A DNA stretch of 64,000 nucleotides from Nitrospirota bacterium. Its GTDB lineage: Bacteria > Nitrospirota > UBA9217. The notes under the pieces were generated by a model that was not told the DNA's origin, searched no databases, and saw only the letters and a list, made by a program, of their open reading frames with translations. The stretch spans positions 64,001 through 128,000 of the forward strand of contig CAWBNQ010000011.1 in NCBI GenBank assembly GCA_963790205.1, in the 5' to 3' direction. The position numbers and the translations under genes were made by a program. Positions 18,729 through 28,542 of this stretch are shown here, piece by piece (within the stretch, counting starts at the first letter, position 1; each line of letters starts with the position of its first letter).

Positions 18729-20366
18729 ATGATCCTCATAAGTCTTTTCGGCGGCATACTGCTCCTTCTCTACGGCATCAAGCTCCTGAACGACGGACTC
18801 CAGAATGCGACGGGCTCGAAGATCCGCTCGCTTCTTCGCTCTCTTACCAGCAACAGGCTGACGGCCGTGGGTGCCGGGGCGTTCATCACGGGCCTCATCC
18901 AGTCCTCGAGCGCCACCTCGGTCATGCTCGTCGGGTTCGTGAGCGCCGGACTCATGAGCTTCCGGCAGACCCTGGCGGTGATCCTCGGCGCGGACATCGG
19001 CGCCACGCTCACGGTGCAGCTCATCGCGTTCCACGTCTACGATTATTCAGTGCTCCTCATCGGGATCGGCTTGTCCTTCTTCTTTTTCACCAAGAAGACG
19101 CTTCCCAGGAACGTGGGCCAGGGGATCCTCGGCTTCGGGTTCGTTTTTCTCTCCCTCAAGATCATGATCGACGCCATGACCCCGCTCCAGGGGAACGAAC
19201 TGTTCAGGCAGGTGTTCGTCGCCCTTACGGACACGCCGTTCATCGGGATCGTCCTGTCGGCCGGCATCACCGCGCTTATTCACAGCAGCGCGGCCACCAT
19301 GGGGATCGCGCTTGCGCTCGCCACGAGCGGCCTGATCCCGCTCCACGCGGCAATTTACATCATCCTCGGCGCCAACATCGGCACCTGCGCCACGGCGCTT
19401 ATCGCAAGCCTGCGTTCTCCGGCCGAGGCGCGGAGGGTGGCCTGGGCCCATGTGCTCTTTAAAGTGCTCGGGGTCGTCCTGTTCCTGCCGTTCCTCGGGC
19501 CTTTCGGGCAGCTCGTCTCTTCCACGACGCCCGACATCGCCCGGCAGATCGCGAACGCCCATACGCTGTTCAACGTGATCATGGCAATTTTGTTTCTTCC
19601 CTTTATCGGACTTTTTTCAAAGCTCGTCATAAAGCTCGTGCCGGAAAAAGCCGAGGAGAAGAAATTCGGACCCATGTATCTCGATGACCACGTTCTCGCC
19701 ACTCCTTCGCTCGCGCTGGGCCAGGCCACGCGCGAGGCCCTGCGGGAGTCGGACATCGTGCGGGAGATGCTTATCGATGCGGTTAAGGTGTTCCAGAGCG
19801 ACGACCAGGCGGCCATCTCGTCGATAAAGAACAGGGACAACCTGATCGACCTGCTCGACCGGCATATCCGGCTTTATCTCACCCGGCTGTCGTCTTCGCA
19901 TCTGAGCGAATCCCAGTCGCGTCGCGCGATGACCGTCCTGGAGATCGCCCGCAACCTGGAGAGCATCGGGGACATTATCGACCGTAATATCATGCCTCTC
20001 GCCATGAAGCGGATCAGCAAGGGGCTTACCTTTTCCCAGGAGGGGATGGAGGAGATCATTTCGTTCCACAAAAAGGCCCTCGAGAACTTTGATACCGCCA
20101 TAGCGGCCTTCGCGGGCAACGACCGGGACCTCGCGGACCGCGTTCTGCGAAACAAAGAAGAGCTGGGGATCATGGAGCGGGAGCTGATCCAGGCGCACCT
20201 CGACCGCCTTCGCAAAGGCTTTCGGGAGTCCATCGATACGAGCCATATTCATCTCGATATCATCGGAAACCTTGCGCGCATCAACTCGCTCGTCACTCAT
20301 ATCATTTATCCCATCATCGAGGAAAAGCGCGGCAGAGGGCGTGAGGACGTGGGGATCGAAGCGTGA
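18729..20366 (+). CDS. Na+/Pi cotransporter family protein with C-terminal PhoU domains
   Basis: QSSSAT and HSSAAT repeats, GADIG/GANIGT, ANAHTLFN, LESIGD. Confidence 0.9.
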   Translation: MILISLFGGILLLLYGIKLLNDGLQNATGSKIRSLLRSLTSNRLTAVGAGAFITGLIQSSSATSVMLVGFVSAGLMSFRQTLAVILGADIGATLTVQLIAFHVYDYSVLLIGIGLSFFFFTKKTLPRNVGQGILGFGFVFLSLKIMIDAMTPLQGNELFRQVFVALTDTPFIGIVLSAGITALIHSSAATMGIALALATSGLIPLHAAIYIILGANIGTCATALIASLRSPAEARRVAWAHVLFKVLGVVLFLPFLGPFGQLVSSTTPDIARQIANAHTLFNVIMAILFLPFIGLFSKLVIKLVPEKAEEKKFGPMYLDDHVLATPSLALGQATREALRESDIVREMLIDAVKVFQSDDQAAISSIKNRDNLIDLLDRHIRLYLTRLSSSHLSESQSRRAMTVLEIARNLESIGDIIDRNIMPLAMKRISKGLTFSQEGMEEIISFHKKALENFDTAIAAFAGNDRDLADRVLRNKEELGIMERELIQAHLDRLRKGFRESIDTSHIHLDIIGNLARINSLVTHIIYPIIEEKRGRGREDVGIEA

Positions 20367-20445
20367 GAGACGATGGACGAGGGACGAGGGACGAGAGGCG
20401 AGGGATGAAGGGCGAAAGACGATGGACGAGGGACGACAGGCGAAG
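20367..20445 (+). repeat. 7-mer tandem array (GACGAGG/GACGATG), left flank of four-helix-bundle gene
   Basis: GACGATG GACGAGG GACGAGG GACGAGA GGCGAGG GATGAAG GGCGAAA GACGATG GACGAGG GACGACA. Confidence 0.8.
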
Positions 20446-20450
20446 GAACC

Positions 20451-20834
20451 ATGACAATTTCGAAGAGAATTAACAGCGTAAGAGATCTGGAAGTTTACAG
20501 GCTGGCCTTTGAGGCTGCCATGGAAATATACAACGTCTCCAAGGATTTTCCAGCTGAAGAAAAATATTCGTTGACTGACCAGATACGAAGGTCTTCCCGC
20601 GCAGTGTGCGCCAATCTCTCTGAGGGATGGAGAAAAAGACGGTATAAAGCAGTGTTTATAAACAAGCTCTCTGACTCAGCACAGGAAGCCGCTGAAACTC
20701 AAACGTGGCTGGAATTTGCGTTGCGATGCGGTTATATTGATAATGAAACGTTCGACAGGCTGGACGAGCAATACGAGCATGTTTTTGCCATGCTGCGCAC
20801 TATGGAGAAAAAAGCCGATTCATTCTGTAAATAA
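20451..20834 (+). CDS. Four helix bundle protein (23S rRNA IVS-protein family)
   Basis: DLEVY, FPAEEKYSLTDQIRRSS..VCANLSEGW, EAAETQTWL. Confidence 0.92.
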   Translation: MTISKRINSVRDLEVYRLAFEAAMEIYNVSKDFPAEEKYSLTDQIRRSSRAVCANLSEGWRKRRYKAVFINKLSDSAQEAAETQTWLEFALRCGYIDNETFDRLDEQYEHVFAMLRTMEKKADSFCK

Positions 20835-20847
20835 ATTAGGAAAGAAA

Positions 20848-21007
20848 AGACGATAGGCGATGGTTGAGGTATACGTTCGTCGTCCCAGCGAGCGCAGCGA
20901 GCGTTCGTCTGTCGTCCATCGTTTACGGGGCAGTCGTCCGTCATCCTAGTGAGCAGAACGAACGATCGTCTCTCGTGAAAAGGGCGGTCATCCATCGTCC
21001 ATCGTAT
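20848..21007 (-). repeat. Degenerate complementary 7-mer array (TCGTCCA/TCGTCCC), right flank of four-helix-bundle gene
   Basis: TCGTCGTCCC, TCGTCTGTCGTCCATCGT, TCGTCCGTCATCC, TCATCCATCGTCCATCGT. Confidence 0.7.
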
Positions 21008-21021
21008 AAGAGGGGGTAGCA

Positions 21022-21420
21022 ATGATCAGACAGTTGCGGGTGAAGACCAACTCGAGGACGGAGCTCGTGGACATTACGCAGGTCGTGCAGAGGCTGGTTG
21101 CCGAGAGCGGCGTACGGTCGGGCGTATGCTACATCTATGTGCCCCATACGACGTCCGCGATAACGGTCAACGAGAACTCGGACCCGAACGTGGGACGCGA
21201 CATATTGAAGGAACTGAACAAGGTCGTCCCCTTCGAGGACAATTACGGCCATACGGAGGGGAATTCCGCGGCCCATATCAAATCGAGCATCATCGGCGTG
21301 TCGAAAGCCGTCATGGTCGAGGATGGCAGGCTTGCGCTCGGTACGTGGCAGGCGGTGTTCTTCTGCGAATTCGACGGCCCGCGCGATCGCAGGGTGATGG
21401 TCAAGGTAATGAAGGATTAG
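21022..21420 (+). CDS. YjbQ/UPF0047 family protein
   Basis: PHTTSAITVNENSDP, H.EGNSAAHIKS, LGTWQ...EFDGPR. Confidence 0.9.
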   Translation: MIRQLRVKTNSRTELVDITQVVQRLVAESGVRSGVCYIYVPHTTSAITVNENSDPNVGRDILKELNKVVPFEDNYGHTEGNSAAHIKSSIIGVSKAVMVEDGRLALGTWQAVFFCEFDGPRDRRVMVKVMKD

Positions 21421-21445
21421 TAACTAAGGAATTAAATTCTTCTCA

Positions 21446-21568
21446 AAATGGAAAGAACTTTGCCGCAAAAAGGCACAAAAAGCACAAGAGTATCGTCTTA
21501 ACTTTTTGCGAATTTTGCGCTTCTTTGCGGTTAAATCGTTTTGGCTCCGGCTTGTCCGGGTCAGTTGG
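21446..21568. repeat. Second (inverted) copy of the 236-370 palindromic repeat
   Basis: GCCGCAAAAAGGCACAAAAAG...TTTTGCGAATTTTGCGCTTCTTTGCGG...TTTGGCTCCGGCTTGTCCGGGT. Confidence 0.75.
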
Positions 21569-21651
21569 TAATGCTCTCATAATAATATTGAGCATTACTT
21601 CATTGTCATTTGATATTTGGAATTTTCCCCCTCATATGGTAGTATCCCGCC

Positions 21652-22695
21652 ATGAACACGACGGCCGCAGACCGGCTCAGACTTGCGGACTTTGACTACG
21701 ATCTTCCGGAATCTCTCATCGCGCAGGAGCCCTGTTCGACGAGGGACCGGTCCCGTCTCATGGTCCTCAAGCGTGGAACGCGCGGCATTGACCATCGCAT
21801 TTTTTCAGACCTGGAAAACTATCTCATCTCAGGCGATTTGCTTGTTCTGAACAATACCAAGGTGTTCCCCTGCAGACTCCTGGCAAGGAAACAGGGCGGC
21901 GGCAAGGCGGAGCTGTTCCTCCTCTCCGAACAGGGGCCCAATCTCTGGCATGCGCTCGTAAAAGGAGGGGGGGCGGCGGGAAGAAGACTGAGCGTTACCG
22001 CGGACATTGAGGCTGAACTCATGCACGAAAACCTCGACGGCGCGTGGTCTGTTCGTTTTCATGGAGCCGATAACATCAGAGAGCTCCTTCCCCGGATCGG
22101 CAAAACCCCGCTTCCTCCCTATATCAAACGGGAGCCCTCCGTGACGGATAAAGAACGTTACCAGACCGTGTACGCGGCCCGTGAAGGAGCGGTAGCCGCT
22201 CCCACGGCAGGCTTGCATTTTACTTCTGAACTTCTGGAGAGGCTTGGGGCCAAGGGCGTCGAATTAGCCTCCGTCACGCTCCATGTGGGGCCGGGCACGT
22301 TCCAGCCCGTTCGGACAGACCTGGTCGCCGAACACCGGATGCCGACTGAGCGTTACGAGGTTTCAAGCGATGCGGCCGAGGCCGTAAACCGGGCCAGGAC
22401 CGAGGGAAGACGGGTCATTGCCGTGGGGACGACGAGCGTGCGCACGATCGAGACCGCGGCTTCGTCCGCGGGGACGGTCGTTCCGGGAGAAGGAATGTCG
22501 GGCCTGTTTATCTATCCGGGATATCGCTTCAAAGTAACGGATGGGATCGTCACAAATTTCCATTTGCCGAAATCGACGCTGCTCATGCTGGTGTCCGCTT
22601 TCGAGGGCAGGGACCGTGTTCTTTCCGCGTACAAGACCGCGGCGGCCGAGAAGTACCGGTTTTACAGTTACGGGGACGCGATGCTGATTATTTAA
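21652..22695 (+). CDS. queA: S-adenosylmethionine:tRNA ribosyltransferase-isomerase
   Basis: LPPYI, RYQTVYA, GAVAAPTAGLHF, TNFHLPKSTL, YRFYSYGDAM. Confidence 0.96.
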   Translation: MNTTAADRLRLADFDYDLPESLIAQEPCSTRDRSRLMVLKRGTRGIDHRIFSDLENYLISGDLLVLNNTKVFPCRLLARKQGGGKAELFLLSEQGPNLWHALVKGGGAAGRRLSVTADIEAELMHENLDGAWSVRFHGADNIRELLPRIGKTPLPPYIKREPSVTDKERYQTVYAAREGAVAAPTAGLHFTSELLERLGAKGVELASVTLHVGPGTFQPVRTDLVAEHRMPTERYEVSSDAAEAVNRARTEGRRVIAVGTTSVRTIETAASSAGTVVPGEGMSGLFIYPGYRFKVTDGIVTNFHLPKSTLLMLVSAFEGRDRVLSAYKTAAAEKYRFYSYGDAMLII

Positions 22696-22811
22696 AAAGA
22701 GAGGCAGGCTTCATGATGCATGACTGAAAAGCGTACCTATGAATTTATGGCATCGTCATGGATTGTGCATCAGGTATCATGGATCATGCGCCGCACGAAC
22801 GAGGAAAAACC

Positions 22812-23501
22812 ATGAATAACGAACGAGGCGGAATCATATCAACAATTGTCCTTATCCCGGTCGCGTTGGCCCTGATGGCCGGCTTCTTCTTCCTGGGCTA
22901 TTTTGTGGGAAAATACCAGAGTAAATCCGGCGCGCCGGGCGATGCCATGCCTCCGATGCCGGAGATCATATCAAAAAACCTCCCGAAGCAGGACGAGTTC
23001 ACGTTCTACAAGACCCTGACCGATAAGTATGACAAGACGGTTTCGATAGATCTTAATCCGAAAACCGCCGCCGGAGAAAAGCATGTTGACAAAAAACCGG
23101 CTGCCGGTGAAACGGCCCCGGCGAAGGGCGCGCAACAGCTCCCGAATGATAAAAAAATGGAAGCCCCGGCCGCCCGCGACAAAACAGCCGAGGCCGGGCA
23201 GGGCGCTCCGAAGCGGCAGATTTCCGCCAAAAAGGAAACCATGCCCGCCCGGAAACCGAATGCCCGGCTGCGCTACACGCTTCAAATAGCGGCGTATCAG
23301 GAAAAAGGAATGGCTGAAGACGATATGAAGAAGATGAAGCAGCAGGGATATGCGGCCTTCCTGGTTGCATTCGATTTGCCGGGAAAAGGCACCTGGTACC
23401 GCGTGAGGCTCGGGAGTTTTTCAAGCAAGGCTTCGGCGGAAAAACTGCAAAAAGAGGTCCGCGCGAAAGTAGGCATTTCACCGTTCATAACGATCGAGTG
23501 A
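22812..23501 (+). CDS. SPOR-domain membrane-anchored protein (FtsN/DedD-like)
   Basis: N-terminal TM, FTFYKTL, low-complexity linker, YTLQIAAY...WYRVRLGSF. Confidence 0.8.
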   Translation: MNNERGGIISTIVLIPVALALMAGFFFLGYFVGKYQSKSGAPGDAMPPMPEIISKNLPKQDEFTFYKTLTDKYDKTVSIDLNPKTAAGEKHVDKKPAAGETAPAKGAQQLPNDKKMEAPAARDKTAEAGQGAPKRQISAKKETMPARKPNARLRYTLQIAAYQEKGMAEDDMKKMKQQGYAAFLVAFDLPGKGTWYRVRLGSFSSKASAEKLQKEVRAKVGISPFITIE

Positions 23502-23591
23502 AAGTCCGGAAGTTGAGAAGATGGGACGATACGAAGATAAGGCTCCGGGTATTCAAACTTCACAGCATCTCATCTACGGCGGTTATCTTAA

Positions 23592-23730
23592 CGGGTTGTT
23601 GAAAAACACCGATACGTCATTGCGAGGAGCGCTTTCCGCGACGCGGCAATGACGAACTTATTGATTTGATGAAATGCGGGATTGCTTCGCTGCGCTCGCA
23701 AAGACGGCAAAATATTTTTTCAACAGCCGC
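23592..23730. mobile_element. Putative MITE (~139 bp) with GGYTGTTGAAAAA terminal inverted repeats and an internal palindrome
   Basis: CGGGTTGTTGAAAAA ... TTTTTCAACAGCCGC; TAA on both flanks; internal GTCATTGCGAG...CTCGCAAAGAC. Confidence 0.6.
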
Positions 23731-24140
23731 TAATGAACGTTCTTATCGGATACCTGCTGCAGGGGAAGGGGGGTAAGGCCGATGCGCTCGCCGTCGACCA
23801 ACGTCTCAAGCCAGTAGGTGCCCGGCGCCGAAAACGTCGTGTTGAACCGGACTGAAATGTCGCGGTGCCGCTGGGTTTCGCTGAAGAGGCTTATTTTCGT
23901 TTCCGACTCGGACAGGACCTCTCCCTTGTTCGGGGAAAGGAGCTTGATCTTGACGGTAAATTCACCTTTGCCGCCGGTCAATTCGTTCACAATGGCGAAG
24001 CGGGGATGTATGGCGGGGAAGGCGTTCGCATGGATGCTCTCGAACAGCCCCATGAGGCTGAACTTGCCGCCGAGTTCCTGCCGTACATCGTCGCAGAGCA
24101 GCGTATAGTTCAACCTCGGTATGATCTTCCTGCTCACCAT
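23730..24140 (-). CDS. Hypothetical protein (beta-sandwich-like; LCDDVRQE..GK.SL.G.F motif)
   Basis: 136-aa ORF with its own promoter-like sequence; motif resembles DUF6941-type proteins. Confidence 0.7.
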   Translation of the reverse strand: MVSRKIIPRLNYTLLCDDVRQELGGKFSLMGLFESIHANAFPAIHPRFAIVNELTGGKGEFTVKIKLLSPNKGEVLSESETKISLFSETQRHRDISVRFNTTFSAPGTYWLETLVDGERIGLTPLPLQQVSDKNVH

Positions 24141-24227
24141 GCATCAACTTAACACACTCGCTTTGGCCCCGTCAATCTGTTTTTTCTTGACAAATTTTTT
24201 CAATCAACGTAATCTTGTCCGCATTGT

Positions 24228-25793
24228 ATGGCTACTTCCGACCTCTTAAAACTGCTCGAAAGCCTTCACCCGCTCGAAAACAAAGTCCTCCTCTGCTTCG
24301 ACCGCGGCGAAAACCTGTCCGCGGCGGATATCCTCAAGTCATCGGGGCTCGACGAATCCCGCCTGGACATGGCCTCGGGCTGGCTCCAGTCCAAGGGTCT
24401 GCTCCGCGTAAAGGACGAGTCCGTCACGTCTTTTGTCTCTCTCACTGAGACCGGCCGGGCTTACCTCGAAAAGGGCACGCCCGAGATGCGAATCATCAAT
24501 TCGCTCAGGAAGGGCAAACAGTTCACGGTCAAGGACGTGATCCAGTCCTGGGGCATGGAGCCGACGGAGGTAAGCTCTGCCGTCGGCGCGCTCAAGGAAA
24601 CCGGCGCGGTCCGCATCGTTCAGGGCGGCATCCTGGAGCTTGTTCCCGGAGCCGACATCTCAGCGTATGAATTTTTGACCGATCTTGTAAAAATCGTTGC
24701 CGGACATGAGCAGGCTGAACTTCCCACATTCTCTGAAGTCCATCAGACCGCTCTCCAGGCAAACTTTCACAAACGCGGCAAAGCAAAAGGCATCTTTCGA
24801 ATCACGGAAAAAAAGAACCGCTTCTTCGGCCTTACGTCCGACGGGCAGGATTTCCTCCGTTTGCTTAAGGAACGGGGCTCGGTCACCGAAGAGGCTTCAG
24901 TGCTCACGCCCGAGATGCTGAAGAACGGTACCTGGAAGAATAAAAAATTCCGCGCCTATAATATATCACTCAACCCTCCTCGCCAGAGCATCGGCAGGAA
25001 GCATCCTTACAAAGAGTTTCTCGATTTCGTGAAATATAAATTCATCGGCATGGGTTTTGAGGAGATGCGCGGTCCGCTCGTGGAGAACGAGTTCTGGGAC
25101 ATGGACGCATTGTTCATGCCGCAGTTCCATCCGGCCCGGAACATCCACGACGTGTACTTCATAAAAGAGCCTGCCTCGTCCGGCAAGATCGAAGAGCCGT
25201 TCGGCAAGCGGGTAGCCGCGGCCCACAAGGACGGCGGCAAGACCGGCTCGACGGGATGGCGCTATCCTTTTGACCTCGAGCGCGCCAAGCGGCTGATCCT
25301 CCGGAGCCAGGGCACGGCCGTATCAGCCCGCACCCTCGCGTCGGGGCCGAAGATACCGGGAAAGTATTTCTCCATCGCGCGCTGTTTCCGCTACGACGCG
25401 GTGGATGCGACGCATGCGCCCGATTTTTACCAGGTCGAGGGTATTGTGATAGGCGAGGAGATCAATTTCAAGACGCTGCTGGGGCTGCTGAAGCTCTTCG
25501 GGCAGGAGGTCGCCAGGGCCGCAGAATTTCAGTTCAGGCCCGCGTACTTCCCCTTTACCGAACCGTCGGTCGAGCTGCACGTAAAGCATCCCGAGCTGGG
25601 ATGGATGGAACTCGGCGGCGCGGGTATTTTCCGGCCCGAGGTCACCATGCCGCTCGGCGTGCACGCGCCGGTCATTGCCTGGGGCCTGGGGCTCGACCGG
25701 ATGGCCATGGTGGCCCTCGGGATACAGGACATCCGCGACCTGTTCTCAAAGGACCTTGATTTTATAAGGACAAAGAAAATACAACTGGGATAA
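24228..25793 (+). CDS. pheS: Phenylalanyl-tRNA synthetase alpha subunit, archaeal/eukaryotic type
   Basis: 521 aa with long N-terminal extension; FWDMDALFMPQFHPAR, FRYDAVDATH, YFPFTEPS, GAGIFRPE, AWGLGLDR. Confidence 0.93.
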   Translation: MATSDLLKLLESLHPLENKVLLCFDRGENLSAADILKSSGLDESRLDMASGWLQSKGLLRVKDESVTSFVSLTETGRAYLEKGTPEMRIINSLRKGKQFTVKDVIQSWGMEPTEVSSAVGALKETGAVRIVQGGILELVPGADISAYEFLTDLVKIVAGHEQAELPTFSEVHQTALQANFHKRGKAKGIFRITEKKNRFFGLTSDGQDFLRLLKERGSVTEEASVLTPEMLKNGTWKNKKFRAYNISLNPPRQSIGRKHPYKEFLDFVKYKFIGMGFEEMRGPLVENEFWDMDALFMPQFHPARNIHDVYFIKEPASSGKIEEPFGKRVAAAHKDGGKTGSTGWRYPFDLERAKRLILRSQGTAVSARTLASGPKIPGKYFSIARCFRYDAVDATHAPDFYQVEGIVIGEEINFKTLLGLLKLFGQEVARAAEFQFRPAYFPFTEPSVELHVKHPELGWMELGGAGIFRPEVTMPLGVHAPVIAWGLGLDRMAMVALGIQDIRDLFSKDLDFIRTKKIQLG

Positions 25794-25875
25794 TAAAAAA
25801 AGGGGACAGGGTCCGGGGTACAGAAAATGTGAAACCTGAACCCTGACGACCGACCCCTGAACCCTGATTTTAACC

Positions 25876-27574
25876 ATGCCAACAATAGATATTAAAAAAA
25901 GCGACCTTGATATCCTCATCGGCAAAAAGCTTTCCCTTGCCGCGCTCGAGAAGCACCTGATGCTCGCCAAGGCCGAACTCAAGGAGCATAACGCCGGGAC
26001 CGGCGGCCTCAAGGTGGAGCTTTCGGACAGCAACCGGCCCGATCTCTGGTCGTCCGAAGGCATCGCGCGCCAGATCCGGACAGCCCTCTCCGGCAAGCCC
26101 GAAGAGCTGCATTTTTTCAAACATGGCAGGAAGGCAACGCGGGAGATCAGGGTCTCGAAGGACATGAAGTCCGTGCGGCCCTATATCGCGGCCTGCACGG
26201 CAAACGACGTGCGCATGAATGACGACGTTCTGGCGCAGATGATCCAGAGCCAGGACAAGCTCTCGGAGATCTTCGGCAGGACAGAGGAGCACCGTCTCGA
26301 TCGGCATCTACGAACTCAACCGGATCGTATTCCCCGTGGACTACCGGCTGGCGGAACCCTCGTCAATGTCGTTCACACCGCTCGGCATGGAGGAAAAGCT
26401 TACCCTTGCGGAGATCCTCGAACGCCATCCGAAGGGCATCGCCTACGGCAACATCGTCAAACCGTACTCAAGATATCCGGTCCTCACCGACGGCATGGGC
26501 CGCGTGCTTTCGTTCCCCCCGATCATCAACAGCAGAGAGCTCGGCGAAGTGAAAACGCAGACAAGGACCGTGCTCATCGAAGTGACGGGCACGGACCTTC
26601 GCATGACGGTGCTTACGCTCAACATCCTTGCAACGAATTTTTACGACCGCGGCGCGGACATCGAGCCCGTGCTCGTTACGTACCCCTACGATACCGAACT
26701 CGGCAAACGGATCGCGTTCCCCTATGACACCTCGGGCAAGTTTACTGTTCCGCTTAGGAAGTTTTCCGAAGGCCTGGGCGAGGAGGTGTCGCTCGCGGAC
26801 GTGAAAAAGCATCTTGGTTCCTATGGCCACACCGTGAGCGCGCGCGGCACCAGGGTCTCGGTCATCGTACCTCCGTACCGCGACGATATCATGCATCCCA
26901 TGGATCTCGTGGAGGACTATGCCATCAGCAGGGGTTATGACTCCTTTGAGCCGGTGATGCCGCGGCAGTCGACGGTGGGGTCGCTTTCCTCGCTCGAGCT
27001 CCTGTCCGATACGGTGCGGGGGTGTCTGGTCGGATCCGGGTTCCAGGAGGTCATGTCCAATATCCTCTGCTCACGCGAAGAACTCGATTACGCAAAGCCT
27101 GCGGGCGAGAAGCTGGTCGAGGTGGACAACGTGATGTCGCTTGCTTACTCGGTGCTCAGGAACCGCGTAATCCCGTCGCTTCTGAACGTGGAGACGGCCA
27201 GTTCCAAAGCCTTCTACCCCCATCGTATATTCGAGGTAGGAGAGGTGGCCGTGTTCGACGAGGCGCAGAACATGGGCTCGCGCACGGACCTGGATCTCGG
27301 CGCGCTCATCTCCCATCCTGCCGCCAACTTTTCCGAGATGCATTCGTGCCTCGACGTCCTGCTCTATTACCTGGGGCTGGATTACAAACTGGAGCCTGCC
27401 GAACATCCTCTGTTCATTCCGGGCAGGTGCGGCAAGGTCGTGACCGGCGGCGTAGAACTCGGGTTCATCGGCGAGGTGCGGCCCGAGGCGCTCGAAATCA
27501 AGCAGATCACCATGCCCTGCGCCGCTTTCGAGATCAATCTGGATACAATATCGGTCCTTTCGAAAAAGGGGTAA
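25876..27574 (+). CDS. pheT: Phenylalanyl-tRNA synthetase beta subunit, archaeal type; +1 frameshift near 26282 (likely sequence error)
   Basis: MPTI..., NRPDLWS.EGIAR in first frame; continues STVSIGIY, SFPPIINS, RDDIMHPMDLVED in next frame. Confidence 0.88.
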
Positions 27575-27583
27575 CGGAGACCG

Positions 27584-28495
27584 TCACTTATTCGGACCTT
27601 CCTGCGGAGCGCTGCTTTCGATTTCCCTGGGGACCAGGGATATCTCGATCCTTCTGTTTTTTGCCCTTCCTTCTTCCGTATCATTCGACGCAACGGGGCG
27701 GAATTCCGAATAACCGCACGCGCTCAGGAGTTTCGGGTCTATTCCTTTGTCCTGAAGGTATCGGGCGACGGTGGTTGCCCGGGCCGTCGAGAGCTCCCAG
27801 TTGGTCGGGAATTTAACGGCCAGCCGCGGACTAATCGGGACGTTGTCCGTATGGCCTTCGACCCGTACCTGCTTGTCGGTCACTTGTTTCAGGATCTCGG
27901 CAACGCGGTCCAGCACTTTTTTGCCGTTTTTCTTGATTTCCGCGCTCCCGGAATCAAAAAGGATCTGCTCCACCATGTTCACGGTCAGCTTGTCCTTGAG
28001 CTGCGTGATCGTGATTTCTCCTTTCTTGATCTCTTCGTTCATCTCTCCGACGAGGCTGTTGTAGGTCTTTTTCATTTCAGCGATGGATTTTTCCTTTTCC
28101 TGGAGGGCCAGTTCCTTTTCCTGTTTGAGCGCGGCGATCTCGGCGTCCTTTGCGCTCAAGGCCATTTCTTTTTCAGCGATCTGCTCCCTCATCGCGGCGA
28201 TCTGTGCGCCCAGCTCTCCCTTCTTTGCTTTCAGGAGGCTGTCAAGGTTCGTGTTGTCATCGGAAAGGACCTTGTTCCTGGCCTGGAGGTCCGTATGCTC
28301 TTTCTGCAACTGGCTTAGTTGGGCCTGCAGGGCCGTTTTGTCCGCTTCGGATTTTTTGAGCTGGCCGTCAAGCGTCGATACATTTGTTCTCAGGTTGTCG
28401 ATGTCGGCGAGCCGCGCGGTGTAGTCTGATTTCCACACACAGCCGGTCAGCGCAAGGACGAGTAACAGCAGGCTTCCTGTTTTCAGTTTCTGCAT
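27584..28495 (-). CDS. OmpA/MotB-domain lipoprotein with coiled coil
   Basis: Lipobox LTGC; ILFDSGSA, VEGHTDN, NWELSTARA, NRRIEI. Confidence 0.88.
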   Translation of the reverse strand: MQKLKTGSLLLLVLALTGCVWKSDYTARLADIDNLRTNVSTLDGQLKKSEADKTALQAQLSQLQKEHTDLQARNKVLSDDNTNLDSLLKAKKGELGAQIAAMREQIAEKEMALSAKDAEIAALKQEKELALQEKEKSIAEMKKTYNSLVGEMNEEIKKGEITITQLKDKLTVNMVEQILFDSGSAEIKKNGKKVLDRVAEILKQVTDKQVRVEGHTDNVPISPRLAVKFPTNWELSTARATTVARYLQDKGIDPKLLSACGYSEFRPVASNDTEEGRAKNRRIEISLVPREIESSAPQEGPNK

Positions 28496-28542
28496 GGCGG
28501 CATTCCTCCCGAAGCGAGATGAAATTGTCGTACTGCGAGGGC

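Noticed and set aside
20451..20834. Diversity-generating retroelement (Avd-like gene)
   Set aside because: No reverse transcriptase and no TR/VR pair differing at adenines in the window
25876..27574. pheT, thrS and riboflavin synthase as true pseudogenes
   Set aside because: Single lesions in otherwise intact genes, two of them essential; sequencing error is more parsimonious
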